From: Oscillospiraceae bacterium
GTDB lineage: Bacteria; Bacillota; Clostridia; Oscillospirales; CAG-382
Reading direction: 5' to 3'
NCBI GenBank assembly: GCA_015064945.1
Contig: SVRF01000002.1
Location: 10,224-74,223 of the forward strand
DNA: 64,000 bases
This document shows positions 37,837-46,372 of this stretch, one piece after another. The position numbers and the translations under genes were made by a program. Each line of letters starts with the position of its first letter. Position 1 is the first letter of the stretch. A model generated the notes under the pieces. That model had not been told where the DNA came from. It saw only the letters and a list, made by a program, of their open reading frames with translations, and ran no database searches.

Positions 37837-39012
37837 ATGAAAAGACTTATATATTTGCTTATCGCCATAAGCTTGATTATTTTCCTTGCCGCCTGCGGCA
37901 AAGAGGAAGCGCAAAACAGCAGCGAGCAAAGCGCCGAAGGCGTGACAAGTATCGAAAGCGTCGAAGAAACAAGTGAAGAAAGCATCGTAATTGAAGAAAC
38001 CGAAGAGGAAAGCCTCTCCTACGGGGGAACAAGCGATGAAAGCGAACCGCCACGTGAAGAAGAGCCGCCCTACGTACAAAGATACGGCTACAAGCCCCGC
38101 AGTCTTTACGATATGTTCACCTACGTAGATGATATGTGGATAAGCGCAGATGGGGAAACCTACGAGTTCGTCCGCATAAGCGAACAAGAAAAGACAGAGT
38201 TCAGTATTGACACCGTGTGGAAGCTGACCGCACCCGAAAGCTTCTTTACAGGCGGCAGGGACTATGCCCTTTGCAACCAAAGCAACGTTTTTGATTTATT
38301 TTATGCGCTGACTACCCTTGAAAGCACCAAGGTGCTTGTAAAAGAGCCCACGGAGGACGACATTGCCGAGTACGGCTTGGACGAGCCCTACCGCAGCTAC
38401 GGCTGGAATATATACGGCAGCAGAACCATCACCGTCCACATGACAGAGCCTGACGCAAACGGCGACTTTTACATATACGGCAAAGAAGGCGTGTGGGGCG
38501 GCGGTGCGCACTGCGCTTATTATGATGAAGAAACCTTCGGCATAGGCGCGCTTAACGCGGAGGATTTTCCGTATATATCGTATTCCGAGTTTGCTTTTGC
38601 CGATGACAGAGTGATAATAAACGGCGGCAGAGATTATATGGAAAAGATCGTCATAGAGCTTGACGGGGAAACCCACACCGTTGTTTTCCCCAAAAAAGAA
38701 CTAAGCTCTGACACCCCCACCACTTTTGACGGCAACGTGGTTGTATACCCCAACGACTATTATCTGTGTAATTTCATCACAAACATACGCATCCGCAGCC
38801 TGTATAGAGGAACCCCGCCCGAAAAGGCAGAGCTTAGCCTGACCGTAAACCACGACGGCACCGTAACAAAGCTGGACTTTTACCACTTGGATGGGGAATA
38901 CACCTATTGCAAGGTTAACGGCGAAAGCGATTACTGTGTGGATGACGAACGGTATAACGAGCTGGTTGAGGGAATACAAATCCTTGCCCGCGGCGAAATA
39001 ATACCCGACTGA
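37837..39012 (+). CDS. Lipoprotein, DUF4340-like (paralog 1)
   Basis: Lipobox MKRLIYLLIAISLIIFLAACG after AAAGGAG, then an acidic linker. WKLTAPE...YGLDEPYRSY resembles the DUF4340 pattern as I recall it. Confidence 0.6.
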   Translation: MKRLIYLLIAISLIIFLAACGKEEAQNSSEQSAEGVTSIESVEETSEESIVIEETEEESLSYGGTSDESEPPREEEPPYVQRYGYKPRSLYDMFTYVDDMWISADGETYEFVRISEQEKTEFSIDTVWKLTAPESFFTGGRDYALCNQSNVFDLFYALTTLESTKVLVKEPTEDDIAEYGLDEPYRSYGWNIYGSRTITVHMTEPDANGDFYIYGKEGVWGGGAHCAYYDEETFGIGALNAEDFPYISYSEFAFADDRVIINGGRDYMEKIVIELDGETHTVVFPKKELSSDTPTTFDGNVVVYPNDYYLCNFITNIRIRSLYRGTPPEKAELSLTVNHDGTVTKLDFYHLDGEYTYCKVNGESDYCVDDERYNELVEGIQILARGEIIPD

Positions 39013-39044
39013 GTTAAAGGAACACAAACCGAAAGGAGCTCGTT

Positions 39045-40628
39045 ATGAAAAAGCTTATATATTTACTTATTGCCATAAGCCTGCTTGCCACATTTACCGC
39101 CTGCGGCAAAGAGGAAGCGCAAAACAGCAGCGAGCAAAGCACGGGAACAAAAACAGAAAACGCAACAAACGAGGAAAGCTTGTACTCCGAGGAAACGGAT
39201 GAGGAGAGCGAAAGCGTAGAGGAAACGGACGAGGAAAGCTTGTACTCCGAGGAGACGAGCAAAGAAAGCGCCGTAGCGGAAGAGAAGCTTGTGTTTGGCA
39301 AGCAGACCCTGTATGACGCAGACGTGGTGCTTTCCGTTAAAATCACAAACACACACGGCGAATCAAAACTTAATAGGTCCGTTTATGAACAGTTCAACAC
39401 AAAAAAAGCTACCTACATAAAAAGCTTTTATGATTTTGTCTGCCGTCCCTTTGCTATCGGCACGGTGGAAAACCCCAAAGAGCTTAGCTACTATGGGCTT
39501 GACGGTGAAGGACAGGCAACGGTAAAAACAAGCGCAGTTCACAAAGACTGTTATTTGCGGATAGGCAACAGCGTTGAAGGCGCTTATTACTTTGCCCTTC
39601 TTGGAAAGAAGAGCGACAGCAGTTCGGAAATAACCTACGGTGACACGGTTTATATATTGGGCGATATTGTGAGCTGTGCCTTTGAGGAGCCTTTGTATTT
39701 TGCCACGGAATACTACGGTCAAGGCAACATGCGCGTTCATTTTTACTATACGGAGATAGACTGGTTTAAGATTACGACCGAGGACGAAAGCTATGAGTTT
39801 TACCCCATAAGCGACAGCGAAAAGGGCGAGTTTGGCGTTAACAGCAAATGGAAGCTTACCGCGCCCGAAAGACTTTTCAGAGACGGCAAAAGCTATGAAA
39901 ACGCAAATGACGCCAATGTGTGTCAGATGCTTTACTCCATCTGCAACCTTAGGTGCGACAATATTGTGGTGAAGGAGCCTAAAGACGAGGATATTGCCCG
40001 CTACGGGCTGGACAAGCCTTACCGTAGCTACTCCTACCGAACTATGGGCGATATCCACACCGTGTATATGACCAAGCCCGACGAAGAAGGCAAATATTAC
40101 GTTTACGCCAAGGAGGATTACAGTGAAGGCTGTTGCTACGGCACCGAAGTGTCCTCCATAGGCGTTATGGAAAAGCCCTTTGAGTTTATGGAATACACGG
40201 ACTACAACCTTGTGATTGATACCCTGTTTTTAAAGCCGCTTTCTGAGGTAAAAAGCATTATGATAAACTCGGAGGACGGAGAACACACCATAGACATAAG
40301 CGATATGACTGACAGCGGTTATCCCATTGCCACCTTAGACGGCGAAACGCCTGATTTATTATCCTACAACTTGCTATCATACTATGGCGCTTTGGGTATG
40401 ATAAATATCGAATTCCAATACAGAGAGATGCCGCCCGAATCAGGTGATATGAGGATTGTGCTGGAGTGCCAGGACGAAACGCTCTCTTACACCTTTTACG
40501 TTTTGAACAGCGAAAAAGTACATTGCAAAGTAAACGGCGATGAGGATTATCTTATATCCCGTGACGCTTACGATAGGGTTGTAAAAAGCTACAAGTTTTT
40601 GCTGGCAAACGAGCGAATGCCCGAATAG
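39045..40628 (+). CDS. Lipoprotein, DUF4340-like (paralog 2, longer)
   Basis: Lipobox MKKLIYLLIAISLLATFTACG, then an acidic repeat linker. WKLTAPE...YGLDKPYRSY matches paralog 1. Confidence 0.6.
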   Translation: MKKLIYLLIAISLLATFTACGKEEAQNSSEQSTGTKTENATNEESLYSEETDEESESVEETDEESLYSEETSKESAVAEEKLVFGKQTLYDADVVLSVKITNTHGESKLNRSVYEQFNTKKATYIKSFYDFVCRPFAIGTVENPKELSYYGLDGEGQATVKTSAVHKDCYLRIGNSVEGAYYFALLGKKSDSSSEITYGDTVYILGDIVSCAFEEPLYFATEYYGQGNMRVHFYYTEIDWFKITTEDESYEFYPISDSEKGEFGVNSKWKLTAPERLFRDGKSYENANDANVCQMLYSICNLRCDNIVVKEPKDEDIARYGLDKPYRSYSYRTMGDIHTVYMTKPDEEGKYYVYAKEDYSEGCCYGTEVSSIGVMEKPFEFMEYTDYNLVIDTLFLKPLSEVKSIMINSEDGEHTIDISDMTDSGYPIATLDGETPDLLSYNLLSYYGALGMINIEFQYREMPPESGDMRIVLECQDETLSYTFYVLNSEKVHCKVNGDEDYLISRDAYDRVVKSYKFLLANERMPE

Positions 40629-40720
40629 TCGGAAGAATTTTTTGGGGCAAGTTCAAAAACTTTGCCCCCTTATTCTTGCAAAAAAACTTATATTTTTTAA
40701 AAAAATACTTAAAATAGGTA

Positions 40721-40749
40721 TTGACAAAGACGACAAAGTCTGCTATACT
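40721..40749 (+). promoter_or_regulatory. Putative sigma-A promoter of the tRNA pair
   Basis: TTGACA (40721-40726), 17-nt spacer, TATACT (40744-40749), preceded by an A/T-rich UP-like tract. Confidence 0.6.
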
Positions 40750-40776
40750 AACGGGGCGGTCGGGGATTTGCCCATG

Positions 40777-40852
40777 GCGGAATAGCTCAGTTGGCTAGAG
40801 CATCCGGTTCATACCCGGCAGGTCGTTGGTTCAAATCCGACTTCCGCTACCA
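40777..40852 (+). tRNA. tRNA with a CAU anticodon (elongator Met type; Ile2/lysidine identity not excluded)
   Basis: Manual cloverleaf: acceptor GGCGGAA/TTCCGCT, D arm GCTC..GAGC, anticodon loop TTCATAC, T arm GTTGG-TTCAAAT-CCGAC, encoded CCA. Confidence 0.85.
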
Positions 40853-40869
40853 ATAAATCCCTGTCCCAT

Positions 40870-40944
40870 GGCCCGTTGGTCAAGCGGTTAAGACACCGCC
40901 CTTTCACGGCGGTAACAGGAGTTCGATTCTCCTACGGGTCACCA
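40870..40944 (+). tRNA. tRNA-Glu (UUC)
   Basis: Acceptor GGCCCGT/ACGGGTC, anticodon stem CCGCC/GGCGG with loop CTTTCAC, T loop TTCGATT, encoded CCA. It closely resembles Bacillus-type tRNA-Glu. Confidence 0.9.
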
Positions 40945-40948
40945 AAAA

Positions 40949-40974
40949 CCCTCCGAGTTTTTCGGAGGGTTTTT
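40949..40974 (+). terminator. Rho-independent terminator after the tRNA pair
   Basis: CCCTCCGA-gtttt-TCGGAGGG followed by TTTTT. Confidence 0.8.
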
Positions 40975-41067
40975 ACTTTTTCACTATTCATTATTCACTT
41001 TTCACTTTTCGCTGATTAGCAGAGGGATTTTTTGAAAGCAAAAAGCTACTTTTGTTTTCTGCACCTC

Positions 41068-41096
41068 TTGACAAAGCTTGCTCTTTATGATATCAT
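41068..41096 (+). promoter_or_regulatory. Putative sigma-A promoter of the SPFH-RHH operon
   Basis: TTGACA (41068-41073), 17-nt spacer, TATCAT (41091-41096). Confidence 0.55.
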
Positions 41097-41111
41097 ATCG
41101 ATATCATAAAG
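41083..41111. promoter_or_regulatory. Perfect 12-bp inverted repeat (candidate operator) overlapping the -10 element
   Basis: CTTTATGATATC-atatc-GATATCATAAAG. Confidence 0.6.
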
Positions 41112-41127
41112 AAAGCGAGTGGATTAT

Positions 41128-42135
41128 ATGAACGAAAAAGCTACAGAAAAAGTATTGACTAACAAAAAGCACGGTATGAGAGTGCTTTTGCTTACCCTGT
41201 TTTTGTATCTTGCCGCAACGGGTATGGTAATTGCAGGCGTATTGCTTGAGCTGTTGCCCCTTACCGTGGTTGGTATAGTATACCTTGCCCTTGGTTGGCT
41301 GGTATTGCCCGGCCTTAAGGTTTTAAAGCCTCAGGAAGCCCTTGTGCTTACCCTTTTCGGTAAATACATAGGCACCATTAAGGATGCAGGCTTCTACTGG
41401 GTAAACCCCTTCTGCACCGCAGTTAACCCTGCCGCATCCACCAAGCTTAACCAAAGCGGCGATGTTTCTACCCCCAAGCCCACCTCCACACTTAACGGCC
41501 AGCAGATAGAGATAGGTGTGAGCAAAAAGGTGTCTCTTAAGATAATGACGCTCTCCAACAACAAGCAGAAGATTAACGACTGTCTGGGCAACCCTGTGGA
41601 GATAGGTATTGCCGTTACTTGGCGTGTTGTGGATACGGCAAAGGCTGTATTCAACGTGGACAACTACAAGGAATACCTCTCCCTTCAATGCGACAGTGCA
41701 CTGCGCAATATAGTACGCCTTTATCCTTACGATGTCTCCCCTAATGTGGATACCACAGGCGACGGCATAGCAGACGAGGGCAGCTTGCGTGGCAGCAGTG
41801 AGGTTGTTGCGGCACGTATCCGTGACGAGATACAGGCACGTGTTGAGGAAGCAGGCCTTGAGATAGTGGAAGCACGCATAACCTACCTTGCCTATGCGCC
41901 CGAGATTGCGGCTGTAATGCTTCAGCGTCAGCAGGCATCTGCTATTGTTGACGCCCGCAAGCTTATTGTGGACGGTGCCGTTGGTATGGTAGAGATGGCA
42001 CTTGAAAGTCTTAGCAGCAAGGGCGTTGTTGACCTTGACGAAGAGCGCAAGGCGGCAATGGTATCTAACCTGCTTGTTGTTCTTTGCGGTAACAAAGACG
42101 CACAGCCCGTTGTTAACAGCGGCAGTCTGTATTAA
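41128..42135 (+). CDS. SPFH/Band 7 (stomatin/prohibitin-like) membrane protein
   Basis: N-terminal TM hairpin, then LKVLKPQEALVLTLFGKY..., an SPFH-like core and an Ala/Gln-rich C-terminal helix region. ATG at 41128; the ORF-track GTG is at 41119. Confidence 0.8.
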   Translation: MNEKATEKVLTNKKHGMRVLLLTLFLYLAATGMVIAGVLLELLPLTVVGIVYLALGWLVLPGLKVLKPQEALVLTLFGKYIGTIKDAGFYWVNPFCTAVNPAASTKLNQSGDVSTPKPTSTLNGQQIEIGVSKKVSLKIMTLSNNKQKINDCLGNPVEIGIAVTWRVVDTAKAVFNVDNYKEYLSLQCDSALRNIVRLYPYDVSPNVDTTGDGIADEGSLRGSSEVVAARIRDEIQARVEEAGLEIVEARITYLAYAPEIAAVMLQRQQASAIVDARKLIVDGAVGMVEMALESLSSKGVVDLDEERKAAMVSNLLVVLCGNKDAQPVVNSGSLY

Positions 42136-42141
42136 TGTCCT

Positions 42142-42345
42142 ATGGAAGAAAAGACAAAAAAGCAAATCCCCCTGCGCCTTTCCCCGAAGCTGTATAACGC
42201 TGTTGCCGCTTGGGCGGAGGACGATTTTCGCTCGGTCAACGGGCAGATAGAGTATTTGCTTTCGGAATGCGTAAAGCAACGGAAGAAGAACGGCAAATAC
42301 GTGGGCGAGGATATCGATGCGCCCTTAGATATAAATATTGAATAA
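42142..42345 (+). CDS. Small ribbon-helix-helix (Arc/MetJ/CopG-like) DNA-binding protein
   Basis: 67 aa. KKQIPLRLSPKLYNAVAAWAEDDFRSVNGQIEYLLSE fits the beta-strand/helix/helix Arc-like pattern. It starts 6 nt after the SPFH stop. Confidence 0.6.
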   Translation: MEEKTKKQIPLRLSPKLYNAVAAWAEDDFRSVNGQIEYLLSECVKQRKKNGKYVGEDIDAPLDINIE

Positions 42346-42360
42346 ATCGCACCGACAAAA

Positions 42361-42391
42361 AACTGCTCACACGCTTTAAGTGTGAGCAGTT
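42361..42391. terminator. Bidirectional rho-independent terminator between the RHH gene and mscS
   Basis: 12-bp perfect stem AACTGCTCACAC-gctttaa-GTGTGAGCAGTT, flanked by an A-tract upstream and a T-tract downstream. Confidence 0.75.
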
Positions 42392-42399
42392 CATTTTTG

Positions 42400-43209
42400 C
42401 TATTTCTGAATATGTACGTCAAGCTGAGGATAAGGAATTTCTATGCCCTTATAATCAAAGGCTTTCTTTACGTTTTCCATAACGTCCATATAAACGGTCC
42501 AATAGTCCTCGTTTTTACACCAAGCTCTTACAGTGTATTCCAAGCCGCTTTCGGAATGCTTGGTAAGTCTTATAAAGGGTTCGGGGTCCTTAAGCACCTT
42601 GCTGTGGGACTTAACCACAACGGAGATAACCTCTTTAACCTCATCCACGTCGTTCTTGTAGGAAGCATTGAAGGTCATATCCACACGACGCAGGGGCTCT
42701 GCCGAGTAGTTCTTTATTACAGAGTTGGTAAGTGTGCCGTTGGGAACGGTAATGCGCTTGTTATCCAAGGTCAAAATTACGGTATAAACCACGGATATCT
42801 CTGCGACGGTACCTGCTTCGCCTGCGGCTTCGATATAGTCGCCAACCTTAAAGGGCTTGAACAGCAGTATCATAATACCGCCTGCAAAGTTGCTTAATGC
42901 ACCCTGCAGTGCCAAGCCGATGGCAACACCGAGGGATGCCAGCACCGTAAGGAATGACGTAGTGGGAATTCCCAATATCATTGCCAAGGTTATAAACAAC
43001 AGGGTATACAGTGCGATACCGCTGAAGTTGCCCAGGAAAGAACGCAAGCTTACGTCCAGCTTATCAAGCTTAGGGGAGCTTTTGATAAACTTTTTAACCA
43101 TTTTAATAAGCTTTGTGCCCACAACCAGAACAACGATCGCCACAAGCAGCTTTATGCCGAAAGACGTGGCAAGCTGCACCAGATAATTTAAAACGCTTTG
43201 AAAGTCCAT
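42400..43209 (-). CDS. mscS: Small-conductance mechanosensitive channel (MscS family)
   Basis: Three N-terminal TM helices, then FKVGDYIEAAGEAGTVAEISVVYTVILTLDNKRITVPNG, the MscS beta-domain signature region. Confidence 0.85.
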   Translation of the reverse strand: MDFQSVLNYLVQLATSFGIKLLVAIVVLVVGTKLIKMVKKFIKSSPKLDKLDVSLRSFLGNFSGIALYTLLFITLAMILGIPTTSFLTVLASLGVAIGLALQGALSNFAGGIMILLFKPFKVGDYIEAAGEAGTVAEISVVYTVILTLDNKRITVPNGTLTNSVIKNYSAEPLRRVDMTFNASYKNDVDEVKEVISVVVKSHSKVLKDPEPFIRLTKHSESGLEYTVRAWCKNEDYWTVYMDVMENVKKAFDYKGIEIPYPQLDVHIQK

Positions 43210-43223
43210 TTTTGTTTCCTCCT

Positions 43224-45116
43224 TTAAAGTTCTCCGTTCAAAATACGTTTCTTTGTATTTTCGCTATCCGTTACGTATAGCTTATACCAAGTAATAAAGC
43301 ACAGTATCGCCCAAATGTGGTGGTACCAATCGCCCTTGCCGTCACGGTGCTTATCAAGAAGCTTTATTGCCTCTGCACTGTTTATGTAGTCGGTGGCGGT
43401 ACTGTTTTCTATAATCTCCTTAGCCCAAGCGTACAACTCGTCCTTAAGCCATACGCGCACAGGCACGGGGTAGCCCAGCTTGGGGCGTACTACGGTCTGA
43501 GGGTTAAGCAGGTCGCGGAAGGTATCACGCAGGATAAACTTAGTGGTGCCGTCCTTAAGCTTTTCGCCGTCGCAAAGCTCGGCGGCGGCGGCAAAGACCT
43601 CTTTGTCAAGGAAGGGCACACGTGCCTCCAAGGAGTTTGCCATACTAAGCCTGTCACCCTTTACCAAAATGTCGGATGGCAACCAAGTGCAAAGGTCGCA
43701 GTGTTGCATCCTTAAAAGCTCGCTGTAGCCGTAGTCCTTCGCCTCTTTATAGATCTCGGCAGTGCGGTTTGTATAGTGCACGTCTTTGTCGTAAGGCAGG
43801 TACAGACCCTTTTTTTCCTTTTCGCTGAACACAAAGGAGTTGCCCACAAAGCGCTCCTCCAAAGGCACGCAACCGCGGTAAATAAGGTTTTTACCCTTAA
43901 CGCCGTCGGGTAACAGCTTGGAAAGCCCGTAAAGCCCACGCTTTACAAAAGAAGGAAGGCGCCTGATGGAAGCGGAAGAGCGGGAGGTATCGTAAATGCG
44001 GTAGCCTGCAAAAAGCTCGTCACTGCCCTCGCCCGACAGCACCACCTTAACATGACGCGCCGCCTCACGGCTGATAAGATAAATGGCAATGACCGAAGGG
44101 TCTGCCACAGGCCCATCCAAGTGATATATTGTTTTTTCGTAGTTATCGGTAAAATCTTTAAGACTGCACTGCAGCTTTATGTGGTCGATATCCAAATGAG
44201 AGGATATCTCTGCGGCGTCGGCTATCTCGTTATACGCCCCTACCTCAAAGCCCACGGTAAACGCTTTTATGCCCGGCTGTAGCTTTGCGGCAACGGCGGT
44301 TATAACTGCGCTGTCTATACCGCTGGAAAGAAAGCTGCCAAGGGGCACGTCGCTTAGCATGTGATGTGCGACAGAGCTTTCCACCGCATCTCTGAGCTTT
44401 ACCTGCTTTGCCTTGTAGCCCACGTTCATATTAGGCTTAAAAACGGGGCGGTAGTAAGACTTTATCTCTGCCTTTCCGTCCTTTATAAACATATAACTGC
44501 CCTTGGGCAGGATATTGATGTCACCCGTTACGGTATCCGGCTCGGTTACGTACTGGAATGTAAGGTAGTGCTGAGCCATGGTTTTATCCACGGAAAAGCC
44601 CTTGTAGTCCCCGTCAAACAGGTACGCCTTAAGCTCGCTGGAGAAAACGATGCCATCGCTGGCGTTTCTGTAATAAAGGGGCTTGATGCCGAAGGGGTCA
44701 CGGCCTGCCATAAGGGTCTTATCCACGTTGTCGTAAATAAGGAAAGCATACATCCCTCTAAGCTTTTCGATAAAAGAAGGGCCGTAAAGGGCGTAAAGGC
44801 GAAGCATTACCTCCACCTCGCTGTTGCCGTCAAAGGCTTCACCCGCCGCCTTCAGCTCGTCCTTAAGCTCTAAATAATTATACACCTCGCCGTTATAGAC
44901 TATGCTGTAGCGGCCGCTTTTTTCCGTATAGGGCTGGGCACCGCCTGCAAGGTCGATAATAGAAAGCCGCCTGAAGCCGAAAGCAACCCTATCGGCGGTA
45001 AAGATGCCGTCGTCATCGGGCCCACGGTGGCGTATTGCGTGGGACATTTCCGTTACACAGCGGATATCCTCCTCTGTAAGCACGGTGTATTTATATATAC
45101 CGGCAAAGCCGCACAT
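43224..45116 (-). CDS. asnB: Asparagine synthase (glutamine-hydrolysing)
   Basis: N-terminal nucleophile MCGFAG, PP-loop SSGIDSAV, 630 aa. Confidence 0.9.
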   Translation of the reverse strand: MCGFAGIYKYTVLTEEDIRCVTEMSHAIRHRGPDDDGIFTADRVAFGFRRLSIIDLAGGAQPYTEKSGRYSIVYNGEVYNYLELKDELKAAGEAFDGNSEVEVMLRLYALYGPSFIEKLRGMYAFLIYDNVDKTLMAGRDPFGIKPLYYRNASDGIVFSSELKAYLFDGDYKGFSVDKTMAQHYLTFQYVTEPDTVTGDINILPKGSYMFIKDGKAEIKSYYRPVFKPNMNVGYKAKQVKLRDAVESSVAHHMLSDVPLGSFLSSGIDSAVITAVAAKLQPGIKAFTVGFEVGAYNEIADAAEISSHLDIDHIKLQCSLKDFTDNYEKTIYHLDGPVADPSVIAIYLISREAARHVKVVLSGEGSDELFAGYRIYDTSRSSASIRRLPSFVKRGLYGLSKLLPDGVKGKNLIYRGCVPLEERFVGNSFVFSEKEKKGLYLPYDKDVHYTNRTAEIYKEAKDYGYSELLRMQHCDLCTWLPSDILVKGDRLSMANSLEARVPFLDKEVFAAAAELCDGEKLKDGTTKFILRDTFRDLLNPQTVVRPKLGYPVPVRVWLKDELYAWAKEIIENSTATDYINSAEAIKLLDKHRDGKGDWYHHIWAILCFITWYKLYVTDSENTKKRILNGEL

Positions 45117-45136
45117 AAGCTTTTACCTCCAAAGTT

Positions 45137-46372
45137 TTAATGTGTTTTTCTTCTAAGCTTTATCTCGTCATTAATTGCAGAGCAGGTCCATATCGAAAAG
45201 CCTGCCCAAGCAACAAAGCACAGCACCTTTATACCGTGAAGCAAACTGTTATCCGTTACGGCGTGGGCAACGGAAAGCGCCGCATAAAGGGCAAGGAATA
45301 TGTGTTGACGCAAAAGCTCGTTTCTTATATCCACGTTCATACTTTTTAAAACGCATCTTTTCAGCACCACTGCCGTATTTACGGCAACACAAAGGGTAGC
45401 TGCGGGTATTACGGCTTCACCTACGGAAAGCCACCAAGCCGAAGTAAGCAGATGTCCCAGAACGAACTGCACGGCGGCAAAAGCGGCGTAGGGTATAAGC
45501 CCGTAAAGCCCCACACCCAAGCGGTGGGCGCATATACCCAAGATCACCGTGCCCACCCAAGCGGGAAGTATAAGCTTGTGGTGCAATGCCACATCATCAT
45601 AGATACGTAAATTGGTAAAGAATACACAGGCTAAAACCAAAAGCACAAGCACGCCCTTAAGGCGTATAAAAAGCTCCTCATAAGGGGTGTCGCCCACATA
45701 CTCGCCATAGCGTTTTTCTACGGAGGCTTTGAAAAGCCCGTCCTTTTTTACGCCTCCCATAAAAGAAAGATTTTCCTTAAGCCACCAGCCGCCTGCAATA
45801 AGACTTACAAGTCCGCAAATAACCAAGGCGTAGTTTTTGTAAAGCTTAAGTCTGCCCAAGGTAATGGTTGAAAAATTATCGGGGTCCGCATCTATAGCCA
45901 CCTCAAGCAGTGCCGCCAGCTCCGGCAGGACGGTAGCCGCCGTGTGCACTATGGCAAATACAATACCCACGGTGCGCATAGCGTCTATCTTGCCAAGTAC
46001 GTTTTCGCTTTCCGACCGTTGGGCAAGATAGGTAAGCCCGCTGTAGAAGGAAACGAAAAAGCTGATAAGCAAAAACATTTCCAAAAGGCCGAAAACCGTA
46101 ACTGCGGTCAGCATATCGCTGTTGTTCATACTGAAGGTGGAGAACATAAAGACAAAGCGCAAAGCCCCCACCCCTGCGGCATAGTACAAAAGCCTTAGGG
46201 CGTTTTCTATGCGGTACTCCAGCGCACTTATCTCCTTCAAAGATATAGCAAGAAACAGAAAGCCCACAGCGTTGGGGAGCACATCCACAAGCTTTACGGT
46301 AGGCTCAAACAAAAACAGACACCCAAGTATAAACCACGGGCCGTAAAACCTTCTAAGCTTCATTACCCTCAT
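45137..46372 (-). CDS. Polytopic membrane protein of unknown function
   Basis: About 10 hydrophobic segments and no motif I recognise. The alternative ATG at 46363 has a better RBS. It overlaps the upstream gene by 11-20 nt. Confidence 0.55.
   Translation of the reverse strand: MRVMKLRRFYGPWFILGCLFLFEPTVKLVDVLPNAVGFLFLAISLKEISALEYRIENALRLLYYAAGVGALRFVFMFSTFSMNNSDMLTAVTVFGLLEMFLLISFFVSFYSGLTYLAQRSESENVLGKIDAMRTVGIVFAIVHTAATVLPELAALLEVAIDADPDNFSTITLGRLKLYKNYALVICGLVSLIAGGWWLKENLSFMGGVKKDGLFKASVEKRYGEYVGDTPYEELFIRLKGVLVLLVLACVFFTNLRIYDDVALHHKLILPAWVGTVILGICAHRLGVGLYGLIPYAAFAAVQFVLGHLLTSAWWLSVGEAVIPAATLCVAVNTAVVLKRCVLKSMNVDIRNELLRQHIFLALYAALSVAHAVTDNSLLHGIKVLCFVAWAGFSIWTCSAINDEIKLRRKTH

Noticed and set aside
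40721-41010. The tRNA-Met/tRNA-Glu locus as an integration hotspot for a genomic island
   Set aside because: There is no integrase, no duplicated tRNA 3' end and no compositional break. The flanking genes are ordinary chromosomal genes.
43224-45116. The asparagine synthase homolog as a lasso-peptide cyclase or other RiPP enzyme
   Set aside because: It keeps the N-terminal glutaminase nucleophile (MCGFAG) and the length of full AsnB. No protease, precursor or ABC exporter partners are adjacent. It is most likely a housekeeping or envelope amidotransferase.
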